From: Candidatus Poribacteria bacterium
GTDB lineage: Bacteria; Poribacteria; WGA-4E; PCPOR2b
DNA: 64,000 nucleotides
Direction: 5' to 3'
Assembly (NCBI GenBank): GCA_965116925.1
Contig: OZ220744.1
Location: forward strand, 4,096,001-4,160,000
Of the stretch, positions 1-9,820 are shown piece after piece. Below the pieces are notes generated by a model. It searched no databases, was not told the DNA's origin, and saw nothing but the letters and a program-made list of their open reading frames with translations. The translations under genes and the position numbers were made by a program. Each line of letters opens with the position of its first letter. Within the stretch, counting starts at the first letter, position 1.

Positions 1-515
1 AAAACGGCTGCAGCGCCAACGGCATCTGCAGTACGGAGAATCATCCCTAGATTGCTTGGCGTTTGTGTTCCATCAAGCACAAGGATTAGTTCATCGCCGG
101 TCAAAGCGATGTCCTGAAAGGACACCTCAAATCGGGCAAAAGTTGCCACAATATGTGTCTGTATGACATGGGGCGGTGCCTTATTGGGGGATGCGTATAC
201 GTTGCCTGCAGCAGCCGATAGTGTATGCAACACTTGAGTCGATACTGGAGCAAGGGTTGCGCCCGCTTTTCGCAAGCGATTGAGAAGCTGCTGTACTGCT
301 TTCTCACCGCATTGTTCTTCACAGTAGAAGACTTCGATCGGTTGTATCCCTGCATCCAGTGCTAGGTGCAAGATTTCAAACCCCTCAACGAGGAAGCGTC
401 CTTGACGCTGACGGTGTTTGCGTGTCTGAAGTTTGCGGGCAGCGACAACTCGCCGGTTGTTGACGCTAGTAATAATGGAATGGTGCTGAGGGGATATGGG
501 TTTGTGTTTCGGCAA
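1..515 (-). CDS. TrmH/SpoU family RNA 2'-O-methyltransferase (5' part; runs off window edge)
   Basis: Manual translation from TTG at 515 (RBS GGAG) gives ...ITSVNNRRVVAARKLQTRKHRQRQGRFLVEG...LILVLDGTQTPSNLGMILRTADAVGA. Not in the ORF track because it is truncated. Confidence 0.85.
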   Translation of the reverse strand, partial: MPKHKPISPQHHSIITSVNNRRVVAARKLQTRKHRQRQGRFLVEGFEILHLALDAGIQPIEVFYCEEQCGEKAVQQLLNRLRKAGATLAPVSTQVLHTLSAAAGNVYASPNKAPPHVIQTHIVATFARFEVSFQDIALTGDELILVLDGTQTPSNLGMILRTADAVGAAAV

Positions 516-598
516 GACACTGTTCTCCTGCGCCGTATGGAAGCGGCCTAGGATCACAATCTAACAGATTGCGGTACAAAAGACTACTTTTATGAAAT

Positions 599-730
599 GG
601 CTCATATAAAAAGAAAGTGCAAAACACAAAGCGAAATCGTAGGGGCGGGGTCTCCCCGCCCGCCGTAAGGGTTGGGGGACCCAATCCCTACGAACATTCA
701 GTTTCTTTGCACTAAATCTTAACATGAGCG
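599..730. mobile_element. MITE family D (GGCTCAT...ATGAGC ends)
   Basis: Imperfect terminal inverted repeats (TIRs). 8-bp direct repeat TATGAAAT at 591-598 and 731-738. Homologous to 10558-10649 and 31644-31777. Confidence 0.8.
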
Positions 731-899
731 TATGAAATAAACTTGAGGAAAAGAGACGCCCCGATGAAAAACTGAGTTGGGTTTCACTCTATCCGTCTAT
801 AAGCAGGTGTTGTTGAACGACCAAGTCTCTATTGCACTTGATAGGGATTGACGTTTAACCGTTCAACCCAACCTACGGACCGTCAAATGTTAACAAAAC

Positions 900-1757
900 C
901 TAAACACTGGCGAGAACCACACGCTCAATACCAGCATAATCTTTGATAACTTCACAGCGTTTATATGCTAGTTGTGATTTAATGAGGTCTTGAACAGGGT
1001 GGCTTTGATTATAACCGATCTCCAAGATGAGTTTTCCCTCCGGATTCAGAAACTGTGGTGCGTCTGTTACGATCCGTCGAATGATGTCAAGACCATCAGT
1101 GCCAGCAAAGAGCGCGATTTCCGGCTCGTGCTCTCGTACATCCAAGGGAAGGGTTGACGCCTCGTCTGTGCCCACATAAGGCGGGTTGGAAGCAATCCAG
1201 TCAAAACGGGGGTTGGGTAGTTGTTGCAGCGGTTCAAACAGATCGCCCTGTAGGAACGTGAGTCGATCTGTGCAGTCGTGAGTGAGTGCATTCTGCTGAG
1301 CAACTTCTAAGGCTTCCGTTGAGAAATCTGTGGCAATCAACTCCCAATCAGGGCGGTGATGACCAGAACTAATCGCAATGGCACCGCAACCTGTTCCGAT
1401 ATCCACGAACCGGCAAGGCTCCTGCTGATGCTGTAATACTGTCTCAACTAGAGTTTCTGTCTCGGGTCGTGGAATTAGCACACGTGAATCTACATAGAAG
1501 TCCAATGACATAAACTCTTTGTGGTTGGTAAGGTAACTCACAGGCGTGTGCGCTATCCGTTTTTTGATTAGCTCCCGAAATTTCGATAACGCCTCTTGGA
1601 ACACAGGCATCTCGAAGGAGAGATAGAGTTGTAAACGGCTCTTTTGCAGGAGGTGTCCGAGCAACAATTCCGCGTCTAACCGCGGGGTGGGGATTTCGTG
1701 ACGTTCAAAATACTCTGTCGTCCACTCGATAAGATCGATCACGTGCCAAGTTTTCAC
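900..1757 (-). CDS. prmC: release factor glutamine methyltransferase PrmC/HemK
   Basis: VLIPRPETE, DIGTGCG and NPPY motifs; overlaps the prfA stop. Confidence 0.96.
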   Translation of the reverse strand: MKTWHVIDLIEWTTEYFERHEIPTPRLDAELLLGHLLQKSRLQLYLSFEMPVFQEALSKFRELIKKRIAHTPVSYLTNHKEFMSLDFYVDSRVLIPRPETETLVETVLQHQQEPCRFVDIGTGCGAIAISSGHHRPDWELIATDFSTEALEVAQQNALTHDCTDRLTFLQGDLFEPLQQLPNPRFDWIASNPPYVGTDEASTLPLDVREHEPEIALFAGTDGLDIIRRIVTDAPQFLNPEGKLILEIGYNQSHPVQDLIKSQLAYKRCEVIKDYAGIERVVLASV

Positions 1758-2824
1758 GACGATAGGTTCTTTAATTGCTCTGCTTGGTCAGCGTCTATCA
1801 AGGCATCAATGAAAGTGTCGATGTCTCCATCTAAAACTGCATCTAACTGATGAACGCTTAGACCGATCCGATGGTCTGTCACCCGACTCTGGGGAAAGTT
1901 ATACGTGCGAATTTTTTCACTTCGATCGCCGCTGCCAATCATAGATCTCCGCGTTTGCGCACGTTCAGCGTCCTGCTCAGCTTGCATCTGCTCAAGTAGA
2001 CGGGATCGCAGAATCTTCATTGCCTTGGCTCTGTTTTTATGTTGAGATTTTTCATCTTGGCAGGATACGGTGAGCCCTGTAGGAATGTATGTGACTCGTA
2101 CCGCTGAATCGGTTGTATTGACGCTCTGGCCGCCTGGTCCTGATGAACGGAACGTTTCAATCTGCAAATCTTCTGCGTCAATCTTGAGATCAACCTCTGC
2201 CGCCTCCGGCAAGACGGCGACAGTCACCGCGGATGTGTGGATGCGACCACTGGCTTCCGTTGTGGGGACGCGCTGCACACGGTGTGTACCGCCTTCAAAC
2301 TTTAGCCGGCTATATGTCCATTTTCCATTAATCGAAAAAATAACCTCTTTGAAACCTTTCAAGCCGGTTGCATTGGAGTTGAGGAGCTCTATTTTCCAGC
2401 CCTTCTGGTCGGCATATCTTGAATACATCCGGAAAAGCTCTCCGGCAAATAAGCTGGCTTCTTCGCCCCCTGTTCCCGCTCGGATCTCTACAATCACATT
2501 CTTCTCGTCGTTTGCATCCTTCGGGATTAACAAGATTTTCAACTCTGTTTCTAAGTCGTTTTTCTGTTCAGTAAGCCCGTCAAGCTCTTGCTTGGCAAAG
2601 GCGATGAATTCAGCATCGGTCTCTTGTTCAAGCAGGGCGGCGGTTTCCTCAATCTCTTTCGTTGTTTTTTGATACGCCGTATACTTTGAAACAATCGGTG
2701 CGAGTTCTGCGTGCGACTTTGCAAGGTTTTGCAGGTTTTGCTGATCAGCAATCTGCGCAGGATCGGCTAAACTTTTTTCGATTTCCAGATATCTTGTTTC
2801 TATCTCTTTTAACTTCTCAAGCAT
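1754..2824 (-). CDS. prfA: peptide chain release factor 1
   Basis: GPGGQSVN motif, PxT (PTT) anticodon-mimic motif, RSEKIRTYNFPQ. Confidence 0.97.
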   Translation of the reverse strand: MLEKLKEIETRYLEIEKSLADPAQIADQQNLQNLAKSHAELAPIVSKYTAYQKTTKEIEETAALLEQETDAEFIAFAKQELDGLTEQKNDLETELKILLIPKDANDEKNVIVEIRAGTGGEEASLFAGELFRMYSRYADQKGWKIELLNSNATGLKGFKEVIFSINGKWTYSRLKFEGGTHRVQRVPTTEASGRIHTSAVTVAVLPEAAEVDLKIDAEDLQIETFRSSGPGGQSVNTTDSAVRVTYIPTGLTVSCQDEKSQHKNRAKAMKILRSRLLEQMQAEQDAERAQTRRSMIGSGDRSEKIRTYNFPQSRVTDHRIGLSVHQLDAVLDGDIDTFIDALIDADQAEQLKNLSS

Positions 2825-2845
2825 AATTGGGTTATCACTTTAATA

Positions 2846-3688
2846 TTAAGCGGAGGTTGACACCGTTTCATTGGTAGCGTTGAGATTTGGATTTTCCATC
2901 CCGAAACCAGCTTCGCGCCGTTTGGTCGATTCGATTCGCGCTTTCTTGTACCACGCCTTAAACTCAGGCGTCCAAGCACTGTCGTGTAATGTTGCTCGTT
3001 TGCGATAGGGGACGTAGTTGCCCAGATGCCAGAGTGTATTTCGGTAGAGCGCGAAATCCCCTGCTTCTAGATGCAACTGTACCGCTCCGGGCATACTGCG
3101 ACAGTATTCGAGGCAGAGCGGTTCCCGCTCTTCAGCGGATTTGCCGTCAAGGTCCACACCCGGTATCGGTCGATCTGGGAAGCGTTCAATTTCCGCTGGT
3201 AAGTCTCGCCTCAGATGACTACCGAAGACAAACCATGTCGAACTGTCTTCATACAAGGCGCAATTGATCTGATTGAAATGGTTGATGTCGTTAAACACCT
3301 CATCCCACATTGAGAGTAGCAAACCTGCGGCGTTATCGCGCCAGTCACGGTGCCACGGCGTGCAATATGGCAGATCCGCAGGTTCAAACAGAATGCCAAA
3401 GTGGTCTCGATCGCCATGCCGATGACGCGGCGTTAGGATCTTAGCGATGGCATCAACTAGTGGTGGTAGATTGGCGTAGTCAATGAAAGGTTGCTGGTCA
3501 AGGTCGTAGTTTGCAACAGGTTGGAGTCGCTGCACTTGAGGACCACTTTGCTCACGGGCAATTGCTCTCGCCCTATCACTGATTTGTCGCAGATCTCGAA
3601 TCAGTGAAGGGGGAAGAATCTTTCGGAAAACTGTGTAACCGAGCATATGGTATTCTTCAATATGTTTATCAGATACTTGAAACCCCAT
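2846..3688 (-). CDS. phytanoyl-CoA dioxygenase (PhyH)-like protein
   Basis: GYTVFRKIL start, WHRD (HxD) motif, GSH, L-x-AGD...WH motif. Confidence 0.75.
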   Translation of the reverse strand: MGFQVSDKHIEEYHMLGYTVFRKILPPSLIRDLRQISDRARAIAREQSGPQVQRLQPVANYDLDQQPFIDYANLPPLVDAIAKILTPRHRHGDRDHFGILFEPADLPYCTPWHRDWRDNAAGLLLSMWDEVFNDINHFNQINCALYEDSSTWFVFGSHLRRDLPAEIERFPDRPIPGVDLDGKSAEEREPLCLEYCRSMPGAVQLHLEAGDFALYRNTLWHLGNYVPYRKRATLHDSAWTPEFKAWYKKARIESTKRREAGFGMENPNLNATNETVSTSA

Positions 3689-3886
3689 GCGTTACTTTCT
3701 CCTCCACCTTCTATTTACTGCGATTTTTTTCAGAACCTCAGAAGGGCAGACGGTCGCTTGTACAATTTATCAGTTGACCCCTGCCCTCTCCTGTTTGATA
3801 GCCCCCCATTCAGTGCTGTCACGACACAACGCTTGCATTCTGAAGGGTTCAGCTGCCGGCCTTTATGACTAAACTTTATGGCTCAT

Positions 3887-4096
3887 TTAATTTTCATCGG
3901 CAAGACCGTATCTGCGACGGAAGCTTTCTACACGTCCCGCCGTATCAACAATTGTCTGCTGTCCTGAATAAAATGGGTGACACTTTGAACAAATTTCTAC
4001 GCGGATTTGGGGTTTTGTAGAATAGGTTGTATATGTTGCACCACAGACACAATTGATGACGCATTCCATTGTTTCTGGGTGGATATCTGATTTCAT
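3887..4096 (-). CDS. rpmE: 50S ribosomal protein L31 (Zn-binding type)
   Basis: MKSDIHP...CVCG...[13 protein letters not shown]...[22 protein letters not shown]. Confidence 0.96.
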   Translation of the reverse strand: MKSDIHPETMECVINCVCGATYTTYSTKPQIRVEICSKCHPFYSGQQTIVDTAGRVESFRRRYGLADEN

Positions 4097-4137
4097 GAGG
4101 ATCTTCACCTCCTTGTTGCTTAATGGTCAACTCAGCC

Positions 4138-5451
4138 CTACCACTGATACCGTCCACTGCGGGCGGGCCCGTTAGCTTTGGTGTTGTTTATCATCATATC
4201 AATAAACTGCTCATTTGTCTCTGTTTTTCCTAAGTGTTCGACAAGGAGTTCCATTGATTCAGCGGTGTTCATCTGCCCCATGAATTTGCGCAGAATCCAT
4301 GCCTTGCTGAGTATCTCTGGTTTTAGCAGCAGTTCCTCGCGTCGGGTCTTTGATTTGCCGATGTCGATGGATGGGAAGATACGCCGCTCTAGCAGAGAAC
4401 GCTCTAGGTGGATCTCCATGTTTGCAGTCCCTTTTAGTTCTTCATAAATATGCTCATCGCCTCGGCTTTCGGTATCAACCAATACGGTGGCTATAATCGT
4501 TAAGCTGCCGCCTTCCTCAAACTTTCGTGCCGCCCCGAAAAACTGACGCGGTTTCATAAATGCCAGTGCGTCAATACCGCCTGACAATGTTTTACCACTG
4601 TGCGGTGCGACAACGTTACAGGCTCGCACGAGACGTGTCATGCTATCGAGCATAATCACCACATCTTTGCCATATTCGACCCATCGCTTCGCTTTTTCAA
4701 TGACCATATCCGCAACTTGCACGTGTCGTTCTGGATGCTCATCAAAGGTTGAACTGATAACCTCCCCTTTTATGGACCGGGAAACATCTGTCACCTCTTC
4801 CGGACGCTCATCAATCAACAGGAAAATGAGCATCACTTCCGGATGATTCTTCTCAATACCGTGTGCGATATTTTTTAAGATTGTGGTTTTGCCGCTGTAA
4901 GGTGGGGCTACAATCAGTCCACGCTGCCCCTTACCGATCGGGGACATCAAATCCGTAATACGTGTAGAAAACTCTTTCGGATTATGTTCAAGTATTAGTT
5001 GCTCATAAGGGTAAACAGGGGTCAAGTTATCGAAAAGGATTTTATCCTTTGCGACTGCTGGGGCTTCGTCATTGACTTTTTCAATTTTCAACAATGCGAA
5101 GTAAAATTCATCTTTATCGCCTCCCTTTTTAGGGGGCCGGATTTGTCCCTGAACCTCGTGACCTGTACGAAGATCAAATTTTCGTATTTGCGAGGGCGAG
5201 ACATAAATATCATCGGTACTTTGCAAATAGTTATAGCTTGATGACCGAAGAAACCCGTATTTTTCTGGTAAAATTTCAAGGATACCCTCTCCGAACAATA
5301 GGCCGCTGCTTTCTGCTTTGGCTTCAACAATTTGGGCAATGAGCTCCTGTTTGCGGAGGCTACTGTATCCTGTCAGCCCCAGCTTCCGAGCCATACCATT
5401 CAATTCGGAGATCGTCATCTCTTGAAGTTTGACAATGTCCACATTCTCCAT
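4138..5451 (-). CDS. rho: transcription termination factor Rho
   Basis: [40 protein letters not shown] motifs; start placed at MENVD with a GAGGAG RBS. Confidence 0.97.
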   Translation of the reverse strand: MENVDIVKLQEMTISELNGMARKLGLTGYSSLRKQELIAQIVEAKAESSGLLFGEGILEILPEKYGFLRSSSYNYLQSTDDIYVSPSQIRKFDLRTGHEVQGQIRPPKKGGDKDEFYFALLKIEKVNDEAPAVAKDKILFDNLTPVYPYEQLILEHNPKEFSTRITDLMSPIGKGQRGLIVAPPYSGKTTILKNIAHGIEKNHPEVMLIFLLIDERPEEVTDVSRSIKGEVISSTFDEHPERHVQVADMVIEKAKRWVEYGKDVVIMLDSMTRLVRACNVVAPHSGKTLSGGIDALAFMKPRQFFGAARKFEEGGSLTIIATVLVDTESRGDEHIYEELKGTANMEIHLERSLLERRIFPSIDIGKSKTRREELLLKPEILSKAWILRKFMGQMNTAESMELLVEHLGKTETNEQFIDMMINNTKANGPARSGRYQW

Positions 5452-5910
5452 AATTTTGTTGCTCCTCATTGCGAGATTCTAACTGCTTGCAGATTGCCTA
5501 ATACTCATGTCTTTCATACTAATCCAAAATTGCACAAAGCATTTGCAGTAGACACTCCACGGTTAACGCTACGTTTCGGGAAAAGATGGTATACGCCGGA
5601 CGATCATGTAACAGGTAAGTAGCAACCTCATAAAAAAAGATGTGCAATTACTCACTAGTTTGTTTTTATAGACTACAACTTATGATCGTTGGCAGCATAG
5701 TGGTGGGAAATTATCGAAAAGAAAGTTGGATTAAATTAAGATAGAAAGACAAGGATACGCAGAATAGTGGTTGGTTAAGTGGTGAATTATAAGGAATTCC
5801 CAAACGGGTAACATAGAAGAGGCATCAAATCGGTGTTTGAAGGCGTTCAAGATAATACGAAATATAGCAGCGGACGGCTGTCGGTGGGAATTATTCCTAT
5901 TGATGCTAAA

Positions 5911-5940
5911 ATTATACATTAATGGACCGTACAACGTCAA
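5911..5940 (-). promoter_or_regulatory. sigma70-type promoter upstream of rho
   Basis: Minus strand TTGACG-18 nt-TATAAT. Confidence 0.6.
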
Positions 5941-5971
5941 GCATTTTATTTGAGAACTATAAAAATATTCA

Positions 5972-6112
5972 TAGGGCTTACGCGAATTGAACAGAAAATT
6001 GGTATATTTTGCTGAAAAGTCGTTATTTGGTCGCATCTAACCCCCTAAATCCCCCTTGTCAGGGGGACTTTGGAAGATCAGGGGGACTTTAAGAGGAAAT
6101 GCGTAAGTCCCC
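5972..6112. mobile_element. MITE family A (TAGGACTTACGCA-type ends)
   Basis: TAGGGCTTACGCG...TGCGTAAGTCCCC with 5-bp direct repeat ATTCA; internal CCCCCTAAATCCCCCTT..CAGGGGGACTT motif. Confidence 0.75.
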
Positions 6113-6199
6113 ATTCAAACGGATGAATAGATAAAACCTTCAACCTTAGTGACTTTTCTCAATTTTCCCGATGAGAATGAACGGGAACGGTTATGAATC

Positions 6200-7210
6200 T
6201 TACGGCTCTAAACTTGCTGCATCGTCCGTCTGTGTCTCACTTTCTACGCCGGCTGTCAGCTGCAAGAAAAGTTCCTCGAGTGTCATTTCGATGGAACGCA
6301 TCTCAAGCAAATTCCAACCGTGCTGAATGATGCTTGATGAAACTGCTGCGCGAATATCTGTATTCAGTTCATAATTGATGTGGAATGTTGGATTGACGTT
6401 ATCGTTTAAGCCTCGGCTTTCGACACGGCTGACACCGGGGAGATTTTCGAGGACGGTTTTGACCTCTGCTTCTGGACCCGATACCTCTATATAAAGGGTT
6501 TTGGTATCGCCCAACTCTGTATGCCCATCGTCACCTGTGTCAATGGAAACGGCGCGCCCTTCCGAAAGTTTTACACCACCGGCGATCTTACCGTCATTAA
6601 TCACAATCAACCGCTCACAGGTCATACTCGCTTCGGGGAGGATGTGTGTACTGAGGATGATTGTGTGTTCCTTGCCAAGTGCCTTGATCAGTTCACGGAT
6701 TTCAATAATCTGCCGTGGATCGAGTCCGGCTGTAGGTTCGTCGAGAACAATGACATCTGGATCGTGGATTAGTGCCTGCGCCAAACCAACACGCTGGCGA
6801 TAGCCTTTGGACAACTGTCCGATAATCTGACCTCGCCGCTCGGTCAAACCACAGGATTCAACCGCCACCTCCAATCGCTCGGTACGCTTGCTTCGCGGCA
6901 CGCCTTTAATTTTTGACACAAACTTGAGATAGCCGGTGACGGTCATTTCTGGATAGAGCGGCACACTTTCGGGTAGGTAACCGATATGCTTACGAACATC
7001 CAAGGATTGTTTGAAAACATCGTATCCTGCGACCGTTGCATTTCCGCTGCTGGCGGGCATAAAGCAGGTCAAAATTCGCATGGTGGTGGTTTTACCAGCA
7101 CCATTTGGGCCCAAAAAACCGATAACTTCGCCTTTGTCGATACGAAAGGAAATTCCTTTTAATGCCTGAAATGGTCCGTAATTTTTTGTGAGATTTTCAA
7201 CTTCGATCAT
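6200..7210 (-). CDS. ABC transporter ATP-binding protein (ABC-2/GldA-like)
   Basis: GPNGAGKTT Walker A, LSKGYRQRVG signature, LDEPT Walker B. Confidence 0.93.
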   Translation of the reverse strand: MIEVENLTKNYGPFQALKGISFRIDKGEVIGFLGPNGAGKTTTMRILTCFMPASSGNATVAGYDVFKQSLDVRKHIGYLPESVPLYPEMTVTGYLKFVSKIKGVPRSKRTERLEVAVESCGLTERRGQIIGQLSKGYRQRVGLAQALIHDPDVIVLDEPTAGLDPRQIIEIRELIKALGKEHTIILSTHILPEASMTCERLIVINDGKIAGGVKLSEGRAVSIDTGDDGHTELGDTKTLYIEVSGPEAEVKTVLENLPGVSRVESRGLNDNVNPTFHINYELNTDIRAAVSSSIIQHGWNLLEMRSIEMTLEELFLQLTAGVESETQTDDAASLEP

Positions 7211-7555
7211 CCACCGATCTCCAGTAATAAATCTGTTTGCCATCATCAAGGAGTCATTGCCCTTCAAGCTGCGGCGTTGCTACGAAGTATCGCTTGAAAA
7301 TCCCGATGCCTTCCATATCATTATTTTCCTTAACGTTGGTGCAGCTACTTTGGTTACCAGACTCAAGCAATCGATAAAATAAGAGATGAATACACAATAA
7401 GGTTTAGGCTCCTGCTGTATTGATTTTACCTCTGTGAACGCTTTGACGGGATTTTGGACATAAGGTTGATTAGATGTTCGCTCCGACTATAGGATGTAGC
7501 AGAAATTTTTCGAGAATCGTAAAATTTGATATTACAACTGCTCTCGACAATCCTT

Positions 7556-7886
7556 TAAGATCCTTTAATTCTTCGGGCGGGGCAAGATGAAGATTAATTT
7601 ATTAATTGGGTAATTTCCGAGCGATGTCCGGTGCGGTTGGATGAAGATTAAAAAAATAATTCGGTAATTTGCTAGCGACGCCGGCGCGGTTGAAAACCGC
7701 GCCTACCGTGTGTTTGGAGGCAAATCGGGATTACCGATTTAAATACTTAAACTTCATCCAACCGCACCTACCGGGTCTGGGGAAATATAGAATTACCCGT
7801 TTAATTTCTTAAAACCCATGATGCCCCGCCTACGGATTCGGATCATTCCAAAATCACTCAAAAAACCGAAAGCTAAATAGCCCTAG
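7556..7886. mobile_element. nested MITEs: family E host containing family B (7587-7819), which contains family B (7641-7757)
   Basis: Host is homologous (reverse complement) to 47845-47955. The inserts have ATGAAGATTAA...CAT ends and split palindromes. Confidence 0.75.
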
Positions 7887-7903
7887 CAATCCTTGAAATA
7901 CCG

Positions 7904-7932
7904 TTGACGCTCTCCGCAATCTTTGATATACT
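7904..7932 (+). promoter_or_regulatory. sigma70-type promoter
   Basis: TTGACG-17 nt-TATACT with TGn extended -10, about 60 nt upstream of the CDS at 7991. Confidence 0.65.
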
Positions 7933-7990
7933 GAGCGCAGTTTGAGATACGATTTCATCTACTTAAAATCAATCCATCAAGGAGTGCAGC

Positions 7991-9118
7991 ATGAAAATTG
8001 ACAAAATCGAATCCTTTTTCATCGGTGGTGGTTACGTGGTTCGCATTCACACCGATAACGGTATCAGTGGCATCGGTCAGACCGCCTGCTGGGGCTATCC
8101 CGAAGCGGTCGACAGAATCGTCGCAACCTTTGAAAAGTATCTAATCGGTCAAAACCCCCTGCGCATCGAACATCACTGGCAGTATCTCTACCGCATGGGT
8201 CCGTTTCGCGGCACCGCCCTCTGTGGTGCGATCAGTGCGGTAGATATTGCGTTGTGGGACATCAAAGGTAAGCATTTCGGTGCACCGGTATGGGAGTTAT
8301 TGGGTGGGAATTGTCGCGACAAGATTCGCCTACATCTTATGGCGGGTGGATCGACTCCGGAGACAATGTTTCAGAGCGCGAAAGATGCGGTGGAAGAAGG
8401 ATTCACTGCGCTGAAGTTTGATCCGGTAATCGGTGGCTATCAGGATATGGCGTTGGATCGCTTGGTCAAGACCGCTCGCGATCTGGTTGCAGCGGCGCGA
8501 GAGGGAGGTGGTCCCGATCTCGACCTCATCGTCGAGGTCCATCGCAAACTCACGCCGATGAATGGGATTGTCTTGGCAGAAGCGTTGACACCTTTTAATA
8601 TTTACTTCCTTGAGGATCCCATCCAGATTGACAGCATTGTGTCGCAGGCGGAACTTGCCAAACGGATGACCGTTCCCTTGGGGAATGGTGAACGTCTGAC
8701 GACGATCTGGGAATTTCGTGAATTGCTCGCTGCGGGTGGACCTCAGTATGTCCGACCGGATGTGGCGTTGGCGGGCGGATTGACCCAATGCAAAAAGATC
8801 GCTGCAATCGCTGAATCGTACCACAGTGCAGTTGTTACGCACAATTTCTTGGGACCGTTGGTTACGACAGCTTCGTTACACCTCGACGCGAGTATCCCGA
8901 ACTTCATCACCCAGGAGTACACCAAGGGCGACGAATCACCCGACAATGCGGTTTATAAAACGTGCTATCAGCGTGAGGGCGGTTATATTCCCATTCCCGA
9001 AGCACCGGGACTTGGCGTGGAATTGGACGATAGTCTGATAGAGCAGAGACCCTACCAGCCGATGAACACCGGTCAGACTCTGTTGAGGAAAGATGGTTCG
9101 GTCGCTTATGCTGTATGA
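7991..9118 (+). CDS. mandelate racemase/enolase superfamily enzyme (galactonate dehydratase-like)
   Basis: SAVDIALWDIKGK, KxD, EDP, GER, HN and PEAPGLGVE motifs. Confidence 0.9.
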   Translation: MKIDKIESFFIGGGYVVRIHTDNGISGIGQTACWGYPEAVDRIVATFEKYLIGQNPLRIEHHWQYLYRMGPFRGTALCGAISAVDIALWDIKGKHFGAPVWELLGGNCRDKIRLHLMAGGSTPETMFQSAKDAVEEGFTALKFDPVIGGYQDMALDRLVKTARDLVAAAREGGGPDLDLIVEVHRKLTPMNGIVLAEALTPFNIYFLEDPIQIDSIVSQAELAKRMTVPLGNGERLTTIWEFRELLAAGGPQYVRPDVALAGGLTQCKKIAAIAESYHSAVVTHNFLGPLVTTASLHLDASIPNFITQEYTKGDESPDNAVYKTCYQREGGYIPIPEAPGLGVELDDSLIEQRPYQPMNTGQTLLRKDGSVAYAV

Positions 9119-9182
9119 CGGATAAGCGGTTAGGATACCACTTCCCGATTTATCGGGATACTGTTTCCAACTGTGCCTATGC

Positions 9183-9820
9183 GGTGCGGTTGAATGAAAA
9201 TTAAAAAAACAGTTCGGTAATTTGCTAGCGACACCGGCGCGGTTGAAAACCGCGCCTACCGTATGTTTCGAGGAAAATAGGGATTACCGATTTATAGTGG
9301 ACCTTAGAATTAATGAAACACTCCAAATCGGTGCGGTTACATGAAGATAAAAAAACAGTTCGGTAATTTGCTAGCGACACCGGCGCGGTTGAAAACCGCG
9401 CCTACCGTGTGTTTCGAGGAAAATCGAGATTACCGATTTAAATACTTAAATCTCATCAAACCGCACCTACCAAGTGAGGGGCGAAAGTGTATATTTATTT
9501 TTAGAATTCACTATAAATACTTTAGGACTTACGCAGTTGAATGGTCAAAGCCTTGTAGTTCGGCGATTCATCACCGCAGGATACTGTTTCTCATACCCGA
9601 TGAATCGGGCAACTACAGTATCCCCCTCTATCCCCCCGCAAGCAGGGGGAGGGAAGAACGCGCAATGAATTGCGCTACTACAAACCGAAGGGCGTAACTC
9701 CTATACTTAAACTTCATAAAACCGCACCTACCGGCCCCGATAATTAGTTTACCCCGATTTATCGGAGGGATCGAAATCGAGGGGGCGAAAGTGTATATTT
9801 ATTTTTCAGATTCACTATAA
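9183..9820. mobile_element. multi-level MITE nest (families B, C, B and A inside a family C-like host)
   Basis: B 9194-9717; C 9295-9513 (TA duplicated); B 9341-9456; A 9523-9703 (TACTT duplicated). Confidence 0.8.

Noticed and set aside
9341..9697. ORFs 9341-9697 and 9474-9668 (also 466-684, 5731-6036, 23431-23643, 26052-26429)
   Set aside because: They are chance frames through MITE, repeat or leader DNA with no protein features.
7587..9720. Recurrent ~30-bp repeats as a possible CRISPR array
   Set aside because: The repeats are paired inverted element ends with conserved interiors. There are no unique spacers at a regular period and no cas genes.
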